In this document: in pieces, positions 1-15,136 of the stretch | Numbering within the stretch: the stretch's first letter is position 1 | Layout of the letters: every line of letters starts with the position of its first letter | Origin: Pseudomonadales bacterium | GTDB lineage: Bacteria > Pseudomonadota > Gammaproteobacteria > Pseudomonadales > Pseudohongiellaceae | DNA: 64,000 nt | Assembly (NCBI GenBank): GCA_038134565.1 | Contig: JAYPVK010000005.1 | Location: forward strand, 26,695 to 90,694 | Direction of reading: 5' to 3' | Made by a program: the position numbers and the translations under genes | Notes under the pieces: model-generated | Database searches by the model: none | What the model saw: only the letters and a program-made list of their open reading frames with translations | What the model was told of the DNA's origin: nothing

Positions 1-54
1 TTGATACTGCAGGGTGAGAAAGATCAGTGTAAGCGTGGACAACAATATCTTCAT
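1..54 (-). CDS. ftsB: cell division protein FtsB, first 18 codons only (gene continues beyond the left edge)
   Basis: Minus-strand ATG at 54 is preceded by AGGGAG. The translation MKILLSTLTLIFLTLQYQ is a TM helix ending in the FtsB-like LQY. The eno-ftsB order is usual in gammaproteobacteria. Confidence 0.55.
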   Translation of the reverse strand, partial: MKILLSTLTLIFLTLQYQ

Positions 55-75
55 GCTGCTCCCTGGCCGGTTCCT

Positions 76-1383
<1,308 letters not shown>

Positions 1384-1433
1384 TTATCGACTCTATTTAA
1401 ATGATTGCTTTAAAAAATTGCGGATGAATCTAT

Positions 1434-4079
<2,646 letters not shown>

Positions 4080-4083
4080 TCAA

Positions 4084-5442
4084 TCAGGAATCGCAAAAGT
4101 CGGGTCTGCGTCGAGTAAGTTGCGGTCTCTCCCAATGCACGGCCAGGGCGGGCTCTCCTGCTGGCGCCAGCGCTTCCTCGGCGATGCCGATGCCGGGCAC
4201 GCACACCAGTGTTTCCTGCTGGTACAGCAGTGGCACCCTGTCCCGCAACCACGGGGGAATGCCCATTTCCTGAAACAGGCTCTTCAGGGATTTCCGGGGG
4301 CGATCGGCAAGCTTCAACTGTTCACCCCCGCTGCGGTAACGAATGCGCAGCGATCCGAGCCCCTGCCTGAGCCCTCCCGCGCCACTGTAGCTGATCTGCA
4401 GACGGCCATTTTCTGGCAGGCCCATGCTCTGGCCATCGACAGGGGTGAGCAATTCGCCCGGTAACGATGTGGGCTTCGATATGCCCTCCAACAGGTACAG
4501 CTCATCATCGAACACCCGTAGTCGGCAGTCCTGTATAGCGAGAGCACCTTCACTGTGGGCCTTGTCGACCAGGTCCCGCTGCAGGCTCAGCAAGAAGTCC
4601 CAGCCGGGCTCTTCGAGACCGAGGCTGGCAAACCAATAGCGCAGCAGGTTTTTTTGTCGGGCCTCAGCGAGCTGGCGCAGCTCGGAGAGATTCAGGCTAC
4701 CCCTGGGCGTCTCCAACCGCGCCAGGTCCGCCGCCGCCAGTTCCTGGGACAGGCTGGAAGCGTCGGACAGCAGCGCCAGACTCTTGCTCCAGCTACTGCG
4801 ATACCCGGGCCAGCGAGCCTCGATTAGTGGTAACACGGTGTGACGCAGGTAGTTGCGGTCATGGCGCTGATCCCGATTGCTGGCATCCTCCTGCCAGCCC
4901 AGCCCGGCCCGAAGGGCGTAGTCGAGTAGCTGCGACCTTGGCACCTCCAGCAAGGGTCTGAACAGGCAGGCGCTGGACTCTCCGCCCAGTGTCCGCTGCC
5001 GGGGAATGGCGGCCAGCCCGGCGGGGCCGGCGCCACGCATCAGCCGCAACAGGAATGTCTCCATCTGATCATCAAGATGGTGAGCCTGCAGCAACAGGGT
5101 ATCCGGGCCGGTTCGCTCGCGGAAAACCCGGTAACGCGCCTCGCGCGCCGCATTTTCCTGTGATCCCTCAGAGCTGACGGTGACACTCTCGCAATGCAGA
5201 GGGACGCCCCATTCGCTGCAAATCGCTTCACAATGTGCCTGCCAGCGTGCGGAGCCGGCTTGCAGACCGTGATTGATATGCAGGGCTGACAGCGGCTTGT
5301 CCAGACTACCCTGCTGTTGCAACTGCACCAGGGCATACAGCAGGACAGAGGAATCCAGCCCTCCGCTCAGGGCCACCCTGTAGTCACGAGATGGAGGCGC
5401 CTGCTGCAGGCTTTGCAGAACTTGCGTGGGACTGAAGTCCAT
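4084..5442 (-). CDS. tilS: tRNA(Ile)-lysidine synthetase
   Basis: 452 aa with the PP-loop SGGLDSSVL near the N-terminus. Conserved position between accA and pyrG. Confidence 0.9.
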   Translation of the reverse strand: MDFSPTQVLQSLQQAPPSRDYRVALSGGLDSSVLLYALVQLQQQGSLDKPLSALHINHGLQAGSARWQAHCEAICSEWGVPLHCESVTVSSEGSQENAAREARYRVFRERTGPDTLLLQAHHLDDQMETFLLRLMRGAGPAGLAAIPRQRTLGGESSACLFRPLLEVPRSQLLDYALRAGLGWQEDASNRDQRHDRNYLRHTVLPLIEARWPGYRSSWSKSLALLSDASSLSQELAAADLARLETPRGSLNLSELRQLAEARQKNLLRYWFASLGLEEPGWDFLLSLQRDLVDKAHSEGALAIQDCRLRVFDDELYLLEGISKPTSLPGELLTPVDGQSMGLPENGRLQISYSGAGGLRQGLGSLRIRYRSGGEQLKLADRPRKSLKSLFQEMGIPPWLRDRVPLLYQQETLVCVPGIGIAEEALAPAGEPALAVHWERPQLTRRRPDFCDS

Positions 5443-5501
5443 GGAAACGGCGCTCCTGGAGAGCAGTGAGCGAATCGACAGGTTTGCTGCGGTGCCGCCC
5501 G

Positions 5502-6458
5502 CTACTGGCTGTTGATACCGTAGCTCATCAGGCGTTGGTAACGGCGATCTACCAGTTCATCGATATCCATGCCCTGCAGTTTATCGAGTTGCGCTATCAA
5601 GGCCTTCTTAATATTCGCAGAGATTGCCGCCACGTCGCGATGGGCGCCACCCAGGGGCTCGGGGATAGTCTGATCGACGATTCCCAGTTCCTGCAGTCGG
5701 GCAGAGGTTACACCCATGGCCTCAGCGGCCGCAGCGGCATGCTCAGCAGACTTCCACAGGATAGTCGCACAGCCTTCGGGTGTGATGACGGTATAGGTAG
5801 AGTACTGCAGCATATTCAGCTGATCGGCTACGCCTATGGCGATAGCACCACCGGAGTTCGCCTCGCCTGTTACCGTGGCAATGAGAGGCGTCCTGACCCG
5901 GGACATCATGGCCATATTTTCCGCGATGGCCTCATTGATACCCCGCTCCTCCGAATCCATTCCTGGATAGGCGCCAGGTGTATCTATAAAACTTAGTACA
6001 GGCAGACGGTATTGTTCGGCCAGCCTCACCAGTCGGCGAGCCTTGCGATAACCCTCCGGTCTTGGCATGCCGAAGTTGTGTCGCACCTTTTCCTTGGTGC
6101 CGCGGCCCTTCTGATGCCCGATCACCATGACTGCTCGGCCATCCAGCTTCGCCAGCCCGCCTATGATGGCGAGGTCATCGGCAAACAAACGATCGCCATG
6201 AAGCTCATCAAAATCTGTAAAGATGTGCTGAATATAGTCCAGCGTATAAGGTCGCAGCGGATGGCGTGCGACCTGGGATATCTGCCAGGAGCTGAGGTTG
6301 GAATAGATCTTTTCGGTGAGCTTGGTGCTCTTGACCTGCAGATTCTGAATCTCTTCAGTAATATTCAGCTCGTTGTCGGTACCCACCAGCCTCAGTTCCC
6401 TGATCTTCTCCTCAAGCTCAGCGATGGGTTGTTCAAAGTCGAGATAATTGGGATCCAT
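5502..6458 (-). CDS. accA: acetyl-CoA carboxylase carboxyltransferase subunit alpha
   Basis: 318 aa. Starts [19 protein letters not shown] and contains the [10 protein letters not shown] motif. Confidence 0.96.
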   Translation of the reverse strand: MDPNYLDFEQPIAELEEKIRELRLVGTDNELNITEEIQNLQVKSTKLTEKIYSNLSSWQISQVARHPLRPYTLDYIQHIFTDFDELHGDRLFADDLAIIGGLAKLDGRAVMVIGHQKGRGTKEKVRHNFGMPRPEGYRKARRLVRLAEQYRLPVLSFIDTPGAYPGMDSEERGINEAIAENMAMMSRVRTPLIATVTGEANSGGAIAIGVADQLNMLQYSTYTVITPEGCATILWKSAEHAAAAAEAMGVTSARLQELGIVDQTIPEPLGGAHRDVAAISANIKKALIAQLDKLQGMDIDELVDRRYQRLMSYGINSQ

Positions 6459-6535
6459 GTTATGTCCGCTTACTACTAATCCATTTACCTTGCCTGGTTT
6501 CCAGACAAGGTCTGCCGGTAAGTGCCCGGGGCATT

Positions 6536-9500
6536 CTACTGCAGGGTAATTGCCTGCTTGTAATCGAGCTCCACCCGATCCTTGCCGAACGTCAACCGCA
6601 GTCTCTGTATTAATTCATCAGTTGGCGCTACACACCAGTCCTGGCCAAGCATTATACACCCTCTTGAATCGGCACGTTCATAGTTCACAACCACCTGACA
6701 GCCCTGTCCCGCATCCTGCTCCGGTCCCCCCAGACCCGGAGCATGCGAATTTACTGGCTTGCCACCGGTACCTGTCGCCTCCATGGGCACTGGCATGGCA
6801 GTCTTCCGGTAGGGTTCCAGAATTCTGGCAAGGTGTTCGCAGAAGCTGGGCGGCAACCCCTCCGCCTCAATCTTCACAGCGAGTCGGTGGGCGAAGCGAT
6901 GTCGTGCCTCGCCCAGGGTCATGATCTGCTTCGCACGCCCCCGCATGCCTCCCGTGTAATCATCGACGCTCACCGTGCACTCGGCGATAAGGATCGCATC
7001 CTTCTGCAGTAGCTCACGGTATTTTTCATACTCCTTGGCAAACAGGGACAGTTCGAAGCGCGCACTGCGATCATCGAGAGTGGCGAAGGCTATGGTGTCT
7101 CCCGCCTTGCTCTTCATGGTGCGGAATCCGTGTAGCAAGCCTGCTACCAGCTGTGTACCACGCTCGGGACGGAGCTCCGCCAATCGATTCTTGGTGATCT
7201 TTGCCAGTTCCGGCAGGAATTCTTCAATCGGGTGGCCCGAGAGATAGAGCCCCAGGGTCTCCTTCTCAGCCAACAGTCGTTGCTGTTCACTCCAGTTCTG
7301 AATCTGCGTACCGCTGGACTGGTGTTCGGTCGCGGGCTCCGCAGGCGCGATCTCACCGAACAGGTCGTCTACGCCGCTGGCCTGGTTGCGCAGACTCTGC
7401 TCTGCTGCCTGCATGGTGTCGGCGAGCATTGCGCTGAGTACCGCGCGGGAATGATCGGGATCGCCCTCAACCAGCTTGTCGAGCGCACCAGACTTGATTA
7501 GCGCCTCCATGGTGCGCTTGTTCACCGTCTGGGAGTCGACACGCTGGCAGAGATCGAGAAGGCTCTGAAATGGAGCGTCAGCCCGTGCTGCCAACAGTTT
7601 CTCCACCGGCCCTTCTCCCAGCCCCTTGATAGCTCCGAGGCCGTAGACGATTTCACCGGCCTCGTTGACTGTGAAGCTGTATTGACCGACGTTGACATCC
7701 GGCGCCACGATCTTCAGTCCCATGGACATACATTCGTCGATCAAGGTTACGATCTTGTCGGTGTTCTGCATATCCGCAGTCAGCACCGCGGCCATGAAGA
7801 ACGCCGGGTAATGGGCCTTCAGCCAGCCAGTCTGGTAGGACACCAGCGCGTAGGCGGCGGAGTGGGACTTGTTGAATCCGTAGCCGGCAAACTTCTCCAT
7901 CAAGTCGAAGATGGACCCCGCGAGCACAGGATCGACCTCACGCTTCTTCGCCCCTTCCATGAAGATCGCGCGCTGCTTCTCCATCTCTTCGGGCTTCTTC
8001 TTGCCCATGGCGCGCCGCAAAATGTCTGCATCACCCAGGGAATATTCCGCCAACACCTGGGCGATCTGCATCACCTGTTCCTGGTACAGGATTACTCCGT
8101 AGGTATTGGACAGCACAGGTTCCAGGTCAGGGTGCGGGTACTCAACCTGGGTCCTGCCATGTTTACGATCGATGAAGTCGTCCACCATGCCTGACTGCAG
8201 GGGACCAGGGCGGAATAGCGCCACCAGGGCGATGATATCTTCGAAGCAATTCGGTGCCAGGCGCTTGATCAGTTCTTTCATGCCCCGACTTTCCAACTGG
8301 AAGACGGCCGTGGTTTCCGCCCCCTGCATCAGCTTATAAACTGTCGGGTCATCCAATGGCAGAGCGCTAATATCGACTGGGTCGCTACCCGCGGGTAGCT
8401 GGGCATTGATCATCTTAACCGCCCAATCGATGATGGTGAGGGTACGCAGTCCGAGGAAGTCGAATTTCACCAGGCCCGCAGTCTCGACATCGTTCTTGTC
8501 GAACTGGGTGACCAGGCCATCGCCGCTGGGTTCACAGAACAGTGGCGTGAAATCGGTTAGCCGTGTGGGTGCGATGACCACGCCACCCGCGTGCTTCCCT
8601 ACATTGCGTGTTATGCCTTCAAGCTTGTACGCCATCTCCATGATTTCCTGGGCATCCTCGTCGGAATCGACGAATGCACCCAGTTCCGGTTCGTCCTCGA
8701 AGGCCTTCTTCAGGGTTATACCGGGTTCGAAAGGAATCAGCTTGGAGAGTTTGTCTGCCAGCGCATAGGGCTTGCCCTGTACTCTCGCCACGTCGCGCAC
8801 CACAGCCTTGGCAGCCATGGTGCCGAAGGTGATGATCTGGGCCACCGCTTCCTTGCCATAAAGTTCAGCCACGTGCTGAATGACCCTGTCCCGGCCCTCC
8901 ATGCAGAAATCCACATCGAAGTCGGGCATGGAGACACGCTCAGGGTTGAGGAATCGCTCGAACAGGAGATCGTACTTCAGCGGGTCCAGATCAGTAATTC
9001 TCAGTACATACGCCACCAGTGAACCCGCACCCGAACCGCGGCCCGGACCCACCGGAATATCGTTGGACTTGGCCCACTGGATAAATTCCATCACGATCAG
9101 GAAGTAACCGGGGAAACCCATCTGGTTGATGATGCCCAGTTCCATCTGCAGCCGGTCATCGTACTGCTTGCGTTTTTCCGTACCGGGACCTGCCTCGCCG
9201 AACAGCTCCTGCAACCGTTCCTCAAGGCCTTCCCAGCTCAGGGTCTCCAGATAGCCTTCCAGGGTAGTGCCTTCGGGAACAGGATAATTGGGCAGGCTGG
9301 GCTGATAGAGATCCAGGCTTAGATTACAACGCTTGGCGATTTCCGCCGTGTTGAGAATGGCTTCCGGGATATCCTCAAACAGCTCCCGCATTTCGGGGTC
9401 GCTCTTCAGATACTGCTGATCCGTGTAATTACGCGGTCGCCGCGGATCATCGAGGGTGCGACGGTCGTTGATGCAGACACGCACCTCGTGCGCCTCGAAG

Positions 9501-10132
9501 TCGTCTGCGCTCAGGAAACGCACATCGTTGGTGGCCACCACGGGGCAGTTGTTGCGCGCGGCCAGATCGACCGCGGCTGCAATATAGGCTTCTTCATCGT
9601 CACGCCCTACCCGCTGCAGTTCAAGGTAGAAACTGTCGGGGAATATCTGCATCCAGTCCTGCAGCAGGCCGTCGGCTCGCGTCACCTCGGCGGACAGCAA
9701 CGCCGATGCTATATTGCTCTTCAGCGCACCGGACAAGGCGATCAATCCTTCACTGTACCTGGCCAGGGCCTCCATGGTGACCACGGGCTCTGTTGTACCG
9801 GCGGCTTCGGTGTATAACTCGGAAATCAGTCGGGTGATATTGAGATAGCCTGTGTGATTCCTGACCAGTAACACGATGTTGCTGGCCGCACCTTCACTGT
9901 CTACTACCACCAGGTCACAACCACAAATTGGTTTCAGGCCTACCCGGATCGCTGTTGAATAAAATTTGATCAGGCCGAACAGGTTCGCCAGGTCAGTCAG
10001 GGCAACTGCCGGCATCTCCAGATCATTGAGTCGGTTTATGAGGGGGCCGATGGTCAGTAGACCATCGTTGATGGAAAACTCTGTGTGTAGTCTGAGGTGG
10101 GTGAACGGAATGGTGGTGGCTGACTCTGGCAT
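6536..10132 (-). CDS. dnaE: DNA polymerase III subunit alpha
   Basis: 1198 aa with a PHP-domain start ([11 protein letters not shown]) and a polymerase core ([19 protein letters not shown]). A roughly 30-aa low-complexity insertion lies near the C-terminus. Confidence 0.97.
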   Translation of the reverse strand: MPESATTIPFTHLRLHTEFSINDGLLTIGPLINRLNDLEMPAVALTDLANLFGLIKFYSTAIRVGLKPICGCDLVVVDSEGAASNIVLLVRNHTGYLNITRLISELYTEAAGTTEPVVTMEALARYSEGLIALSGALKSNIASALLSAEVTRADGLLQDWMQIFPDSFYLELQRVGRDDEEAYIAAAVDLAARNNCPVVATNDVRFLSADDFEAHEVRVCINDRRTLDDPRRPRNYTDQQYLKSDPEMRELFEDIPEAILNTAEIAKRCNLSLDLYQPSLPNYPVPEGTTLEGYLETLSWEGLEERLQELFGEAGPGTEKRKQYDDRLQMELGIINQMGFPGYFLIVMEFIQWAKSNDIPVGPGRGSGAGSLVAYVLRITDLDPLKYDLLFERFLNPERVSMPDFDVDFCMEGRDRVIQHVAELYGKEAVAQIITFGTMAAKAVVRDVARVQGKPYALADKLSKLIPFEPGITLKKAFEDEPELGAFVDSDEDAQEIMEMAYKLEGITRNVGKHAGGVVIAPTRLTDFTPLFCEPSGDGLVTQFDKNDVETAGLVKFDFLGLRTLTIIDWAVKMINAQLPAGSDPVDISALPLDDPTVYKLMQGAETTAVFQLESRGMKELIKRLAPNCFEDIIALVALFRPGPLQSGMVDDFIDRKHGRTQVEYPHPDLEPVLSNTYGVILYQEQVMQIAQVLAEYSLGDADILRRAMGKKKPEEMEKQRAIFMEGAKKREVDPVLAGSIFDLMEKFAGYGFNKSHSAAYALVSYQTGWLKAHYPAFFMAAVLTADMQNTDKIVTLIDECMSMGLKIVAPDVNVGQYSFTVNEAGEIVYGLGAIKGLGEGPVEKLLAARADAPFQSLLDLCQRVDSQTVNKRTMEALIKSGALDKLVEGDPDHSRAVLSAMLADTMQAAEQSLRNQASGVDDLFGEIAPAEPATEHQSSGTQIQNWSEQQRLLAEKETLGLYLSGHPIEEFLPELAKITKNRLAELRPERGTQLVAGLLHGFRTMKSKAGDTIAFATLDDRSARFELSLFAKEYEKYRELLQKDAILIAECTVSVDDYTGGMRGRAKQIMTLGEARHRFAHRLAVKIEAEGLPPSFCEHLARILEPYRKTAMPVPMEATGTGGKPVNSHAPGLGGPEQDAGQGCQVVVNYERADSRGCIMLGQDWCVAPTDELIQRLRLTFGKDRVELDYKQAITLQ

Positions 10133-10191
10133 GCAAGCAATCGGACCGCTTATCGGTAAAGCAACAATATACTCTTTTTCCCCTCGAATGT

Positions 10192-10800
10192 TTACTTCAA
10201 CACATCGGCAACGGGCGCGTAGCTGCGGCGATGCACAGGACAGGGGCCCAGTTTTCTCAAGGCATCCAGGTGAAGTGCTGTCGGATACCCCTTGTGCTGG
10301 GCGAAGCCATAGCCGGGGTATACGGAATCCAGTGCCAGCATCTCCCGGTCGCGGGTAACTTTAGCCAGAATAGACGCGGCAGCGATGGCAGGTACCAGGC
10401 TATCTCCCTTCACCACCGCGCGCGATGGATAAGGCCAGCGGGGGCAGCGGTTGCCGTCGACGAAGACAAAGGCTGGTGGACTGCCGAGCGCATCGACCGC
10501 CCGGTGCATGGCAAGCAGGCTCGCTTGCAGGATGTTGATACGATCGATTTCCTCGACGCTGGCGCGTGCCACGGCTGCCGCACTGGCCTTGTGCAGAATC
10601 TCATCGAACAACTGATCCCGGCGCCGGGCTGTCAACTTCTTGGAATCACGCAAGCCCGCTACCGGGTTTTCAGGATCCAGAATTACCGCCGCGGCGACCA
10701 CATCACCAGCCAATGGCCCTCTTCCCACTTCATCGGTACCAGCGGCCTGTTCCCAGACAGAGGCGAACTCCTCCTGCAGGGATAGCGATGATTCCCTCAC
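10192..10800 (-). CDS. rnhB: ribonuclease HII
   Basis: 202 aa with the [17 protein letters not shown] motif. GTG start overlaps the lpxB stop (GTGA). Confidence 0.93.
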   Translation of the reverse strand: MRESSLSLQEEFASVWEQAAGTDEVGRGPLAGDVVAAAVILDPENPVAGLRDSKKLTARRRDQLFDEILHKASAAAVARASVEEIDRINILQASLLAMHRAVDALGSPPAFVFVDGNRCPRWPYPSRAVVKGDSLVPAIAAASILAKVTRDREMLALDSVYPGYGFAQHKGYPTALHLDALRKLGPCPVHRRSYAPVADVLK

Positions 10801-11972
10801 GGTGATAACTGCCCTCGCGCTTGCTGCTGAGCCAGCAAGTCGACGATAGCCTGGGCCGCGGTTGCCGATGCATTCTTACGCAAGGCGTGGTGCTGGCTTT
10901 CAAATTCGGCGAGCATGCTTTCCCTGGCCATCGGCTTATTGAAGAATTCAACGATCTCATCGCGCAGCGCGGCTACCGTTACATCGCCCTGAATGTATTC
11001 AGGCACCAACTCTCTACCCGCCAGCAGGTTCGGCAGGGCAATATGCCTGACCTTCACCATGCGCGATGCGATGGCATAGGTGAGCCCCGCCAGTCTGTAA
11101 CAGACCACCATGGGACGCCTGAGCAGCATCGCCTCCAGGCTTGCGGTGCCGCTGGCCATCACTATCAGATTCGCCGCGCTCATCGCCCGCCTGGAATCAT
11201 CGAGCAGGATGAACTGGTCGCTCCCCAGGGTACCGATCGACCTCAGCAATTCAGTAATACGGAGCCGGGTGGCTGCGCCGCTGCAAGGAATCAGGAATTT
11301 CAGGCCGGGCAACTGCGCCAGGGATTCCATCGCCGCACTGAAGAACACGGGACCCAACCTGTCGATCTCGCTGATTCGGCTGCCCGGCATCAAGGTCACT
11401 ACCGGCGTGTCCTTATCCAGGCCCAATAATTCCCTGTTCTGAACCCGTTCGTCTTCGAATCCAATCTGGTCTGCCAGGGGATGGCCGACACACTGGACCG
11501 CGATCTCGTGCTGCTTGTAGATAGCCGTCTCGAAGGGGAACAGGGTCAGCATCAGATCCACGGCCTGCTTGATCTTGTGAATCCGCTTCTCCCTGTAAGC
11601 CCATACACTGGGGCTTACATAGTGAACCGTGGTGAGCTGATTCTGCTTGAGCACCTTCTCCATGCGCAGATTGAAATCGGGGGAGTCGATCGCGATAACG
11701 GCGAGGGGCCGCTGGTCTATGAAGTACTGCTCGAGCCGGTGCTTGATGCGGAATAATTCGGGAAGACGGCCCAGGGGCTCGACGAAACCCATGACAGAGA
11801 GCCTCTCCATCGGTGCCAGGGAGACACAGCCCTCGGCCTCCATATCCGGACCACCGATACCCACGAATTCTGCCCCTGGGTAGTGAGCCTTCAGCGCCTT
11901 GATAAGACCAGCCCCCAGAATGTCACCGGACCTTTCGCCGGCCACGATTCCGAAAAGCACCCGCTCGGTCAT
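10797..11972 (-). CDS. lpxB: lipid-A-disaccharide synthase
   Basis: [28 protein letters not shown] matches the LpxB N-terminus. I prefer the ATG at 11972 (GGAAGG upstream) over the ORF-track GTG at 11981. Confidence 0.92.
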   Translation of the reverse strand: MTERVLFGIVAGERSGDILGAGLIKALKAHYPGAEFVGIGGPDMEAEGCVSLAPMERLSVMGFVEPLGRLPELFRIKHRLEQYFIDQRPLAVIAIDSPDFNLRMEKVLKQNQLTTVHYVSPSVWAYREKRIHKIKQAVDLMLTLFPFETAIYKQHEIAVQCVGHPLADQIGFEDERVQNRELLGLDKDTPVVTLMPGSRISEIDRLGPVFFSAAMESLAQLPGLKFLIPCSGAATRLRITELLRSIGTLGSDQFILLDDSRRAMSAANLIVMASGTASLEAMLLRRPMVVCYRLAGLTYAIASRMVKVRHIALPNLLAGRELVPEYIQGDVTVAALRDEIVEFFNKPMARESMLAEFESQHHALRKNASATAAQAIVDLLAQQQARGQLSP

Positions 11973-12021
11973 GGCAGCCACCTTCCAGGAGAGTGCTCTT
12001 GGGGAGCGGGCATAAGGCTGG

Positions 12022-12804
12022 CTACCGGGTTATTCCTTTCTTGGAGGATTCCAGTGACTTGACCAGGACATGCAACACGTCCTGATTCTCACTCATCACG
12101 CGCAACTGATCGATGGCTTCCTGCAGACTGTAGTTACGCTTGTAGATGACCTTGAAGGCCTCACGCAGATCTGCAATGGCTTCCTTGTCGAAGCCACGGC
12201 GCTCGAGCCCAATGGTATTGATGCTGCGCACCGTTGCCGGCCTGCCGCTTACGATCATATAGGCAGGCACATCGCTATTGATATGGGTCATACCCCCCAC
12301 GTAGGCATGTGCCCCTATGGAGAGAAACTGGTTCACACCTGCATAACCGCCGAGGAACACCCAGTCGTCCACCTCGACGTGCCCACACAGGCCCACGTTG
12401 TTGGCGAAGATGACGTTGTTACCCACTATGCAGTCGTGCGCTACGTGGGCATAAGCCATCATCAGATTATCGGAACCAATCCGGGTGATGCCTCCACCTG
12501 CACCGGTACCACGGTGCAGTGTGACGCCTTCACGAAAAACATTGTTGTCACCAATCTCCAGCCAGGTCTCTTCGCCCTCGTATTTCTTATCCGCAGGCTC
12601 TTCACCTACCGAGCTGAACTGATAAAAATGATTATTTTCGCCGATACGCGTGTTACTGCGAATCACCACGTGGGACTCGATGATCGTGCCACTGCCGATT
12701 TCCACGTTCGGCCCTATGCTGCACCAGGGTCCTATGGTGACACCTTCGTGTATCTTCGCACTTGGATGAATGCGAGTATCCGGATCGATCTGATTAGTCG
12801 ACAT
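12022..12804 (-). CDS. lpxA: acyl-ACP--UDP-N-acetylglucosamine O-acyltransferase
   Basis: Left-handed beta-helix hexapeptide repeats in the LpxA position. I prefer the ATG at 12804 (GGAG 11 nt upstream) over the GTG at 12822. Confidence 0.93.
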   Translation of the reverse strand: MSTNQIDPDTRIHPSAKIHEGVTIGPWCSIGPNVEIGSGTIIESHVVIRSNTRIGENNHFYQFSSVGEEPADKKYEGEETWLEIGDNNVFREGVTLHRGTGAGGGITRIGSDNLMMAYAHVAHDCIVGNNVIFANNVGLCGHVEVDDWVFLGGYAGVNQFLSIGAHAYVGGMTHINSDVPAYMIVSGRPATVRSINTIGLERRGFDKEAIADLREAFKVIYKRNYSLQEAIDQLRVMSENQDVLHVLVKSLESSKKGITR

Positions 12805-13243
12805 CGACTTTTCGCTCCGCACAGAGAATAGTCATGGTACCTACCAATTCATCACCCACCGAGGCCTTGGCCGAGAACCGGTAGACACCGCGGCGATTGG
12901 TAATCACGTTTGCCTCGAGCCGCAGTTGGTCCCCTGGCACTACTGGCCTGCGCAGGCGAACATCATCGGCACCAACGAAGTAGTAGAGATAGCCGTCTGC
13001 AGGCTTCTTTTCCTGGCTCTTGAAGCCAAGCACACCTGCAGCCTGAGCCAGGGCTTCGATGATTAACACCCCGGGCATGATAGGCTGATTCGGGAAATGC
13101 CCCTGGAAAAACGGTTCGTTCACCGTAACATTCTTGTAGGCTACGATGGACTTGCCCATCTCGAGCTCAACAACCCGATCCACCAGCAGAAAGGGATAGC
13201 GCTGTGGCAGGTATTCCTTGATTTCTTCAACGTCCAATAACAT
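12794..13243 (-). CDS. fabZ: 3-hydroxyacyl-ACP dehydratase FabZ
   Basis: [24 protein letters not shown] and FFQGHFP motifs. I prefer the ATG at 13243 over the TTG at 13255. Confidence 0.95.
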   Translation of the reverse strand: MLLDVEEIKEYLPQRYPFLLVDRVVELEMGKSIVAYKNVTVNEPFFQGHFPNQPIMPGVLIIEALAQAAGVLGFKSQEKKPADGYLYYFVGADDVRLRRPVVPGDQLRLEANVITNRRGVYRFSAKASVGDELVGTMTILCAERKVDVD

Positions 13244-13306
13244 GGCTCTTCTCAAACTCTGTCTGTTCTAATCTGTAAGTTCTTTTGGTTTTACTAATTT
13301 AATCGC

Positions 13307-14341
13307 CTAGGAGTTTTTATCGGTTAGGAGTTCCAATTCCTTTACCCGACGTGCAATGCTGTCCAACTGCTGGAACCGCACAATTGCCCTCTTCCAGTCC
13401 GTGGTTTTCATCTGGCCGGTACCGGAGGAGTAAGTGCCTGCCTCAGTGATGGATCTGCTCACGAGGGACATCGCACTTACCTGGACGCCATCGGCAATTG
13501 TCAGATGCCCAACCATGCCGCTGGCGCCGCCAAGCACGCAATATTTTCCGATCTTGGCGCTGCCTGCGATGGCCGTGCAACCACAAATAACGGTGTGGTC
13601 ACCAATCTGCGTGTTGTGTCCAATCTGTACCTGGTTGTCGATCTTTACGCCGTGACCGATGGTCGTATTTTCGATAGCTCCCCTGTCGATAGTGCTTCCG
13701 GCACCGATTTCGACATTGTCTCCGATATCAACCCCACCTAACTGGTGGATCTTGATCGACTTCTCACCGTCGAAGGCGAAACCGAATCCATCGGCGCCAA
13801 TCACCGTTCCGCTGTGGATAATAACATTTTCCCCAAGGCTGACGCCGTGATACAGGGTCACACCACTGTGCAGTCGGCAATTCGCCCCCAGCCGGCTTTC
13901 AGCCCCTATAAAACAGCCAGCTCCGATTCGCACCCCCTCTCCGAGGCTCACTCCACTCTCTACCACCACATGGGGAGCGATGGACGCGCTGGCTGGAATC
14001 ATCACGTCATCGGCGATCACCGCCGATGGGTGCACTCCGGCTGCATTGGCAGGCTCAGGCAGAAACATCGCCGTCGCCTGGGCAAAGCTCACGTAGGGAT
14101 TGCCGGAGATCAAAGCGTTTCCCGGGCACTTGTCGAGGAAATCCTGGGTCAACAGAACAGCACCGGCTCTGGTCGTGCCGAGTTGATCGATATAGGATTT
14201 ATTACTCAGGAAGCTGAGTTGGGTTGGACCGGCACCCGTCAGGGTGCCAAGTCCGGTTATCTCGCACTCACCGTCGCCCCTCAATTCCAGGGCGAGAAAT
14301 TCTGCAATCTCTTTAAGTAAGTAGCGCTTTTTCTGTGTCAC
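13307..14341 (-). CDS. lpxD: UDP-3-O-acylglucosamine N-acyltransferase
   Basis: 344 aa with hexapeptide repeats, in the conserved skp-lpxD-fabZ-lpxA order. GTG start. Confidence 0.93.
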   Translation of the reverse strand: MTQKKRYLLKEIAEFLALELRGDGECEITGLGTLTGAGPTQLSFLSNKSYIDQLGTTRAGAVLLTQDFLDKCPGNALISGNPYVSFAQATAMFLPEPANAAGVHPSAVIADDVMIPASASIAPHVVVESGVSLGEGVRIGAGCFIGAESRLGANCRLHSGVTLYHGVSLGENVIIHSGTVIGADGFGFAFDGEKSIKIHQLGGVDIGDNVEIGAGSTIDRGAIENTTIGHGVKIDNQVQIGHNTQIGDHTVICGCTAIAGSAKIGKYCVLGGASGMVGHLTIADGVQVSAMSLVSRSITEAGTYSSGTGQMKTTDWKRAIVRFQQLDSIARRVKELELLTDKNS

Positions 14342-14371
14342 TTGACCCTTACCAGGGCTTGCTGCGCAGGC

Positions 14372-14902
14372 CTAGTTTCCGCCTTCGGCTGACTGGGAGT
14401 TCTCGTTCAGCTTCGCTGTGACGCGAGCGGTAATATCCAGAACCGGAGCAAAATAAGGGGCGCTGTCCGCGTTCAGGATGAGATCAAAACCTCCTTCCGC
14501 AACCACATCTGTGACTGCCGCTGCCAGCTGGGATTGCATGGAGGCGAGGAATTCCTGATTCTTCTGTTGCAGCGCCTGCTGTACACGCTCCTGAATGAGT
14601 TGCAGTTGCACTTGCAGATCTTGCGCATTGGAATTCATGCGGCGAATTTCTTCCTGCGTCATCACCGCTTCATTCTGCTGATAGCGTTGCTGCAGTTCCT
14701 GCAGTTGCGTGGTGAGTTCTGCCGCACGGGCCTCATCGTCAGCAAATTCCAACTCGAGCTCTTCCTGTACAATCCTGGCCGCATCAGAATTAAACAGCGC
14801 CTGCAGAGGATTGAGTACTCCGATCTTCGTATCTTGAGCCATCGCCGATTGCGCAAGTAATGAGACACACAGGAAAGCGATAATTCTATTAAGTGATTTC
14901 AC
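14372..14902 (-). CDS. skp: periplasmic chaperone Skp (OmpH family)
   Basis: GTG at 14902 is preceded by GGAG. It is followed by a signal peptide (KSLNRIIAFLCVSLLAQSAMAQ) and a Gln/Glu-rich coiled region. The upstream 78 codons of the 254-aa ORF look non-coding. Confidence 0.85.
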   Translation of the reverse strand: MKSLNRIIAFLCVSLLAQSAMAQDTKIGVLNPLQALFNSDAARIVQEELELEFADDEARAAELTTQLQELQQRYQQNEAVMTQEEIRRMNSNAQDLQVQLQLIQERVQQALQQKNQEFLASMQSQLAAAVTDVVAEGGFDLILNADSAPYFAPVLDITARVTAKLNENSQSAEGGN

Positions 14903-15136
14903 TCTAAATCTCCAACTAAAATATAGTAGTCTTGGCACTATGTTTGTGCGTTTCTGCCCTAATCCCTCGCGCCTCGCTACGAGCCTGCACGAAGCGATTG
15001 AACCGACATACATAGAGCGCACCGGGACGTTCCCAACCAGCAATACAATCAAATATCCCGGGGCTTGCAACTGAACTAGACTCGTTTGCAGCAAACAGAG
15101 CCACTCCACGATTTTCGCCGTTGGCCAGCCACCCAA

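Noticed and set aside
14903-15136. N-terminal 78-codon extension of skp in the ORF track. Similar upstream extensions appear for adk (to 38149), era (to 43169), mucD (to 48610) and the regulator (from 60406).
   Set aside because: The internal starts coincide with the conserved protein N-termini or signal peptides and have better SD sequences. The extensions overlap upstream genes or cross repeats.
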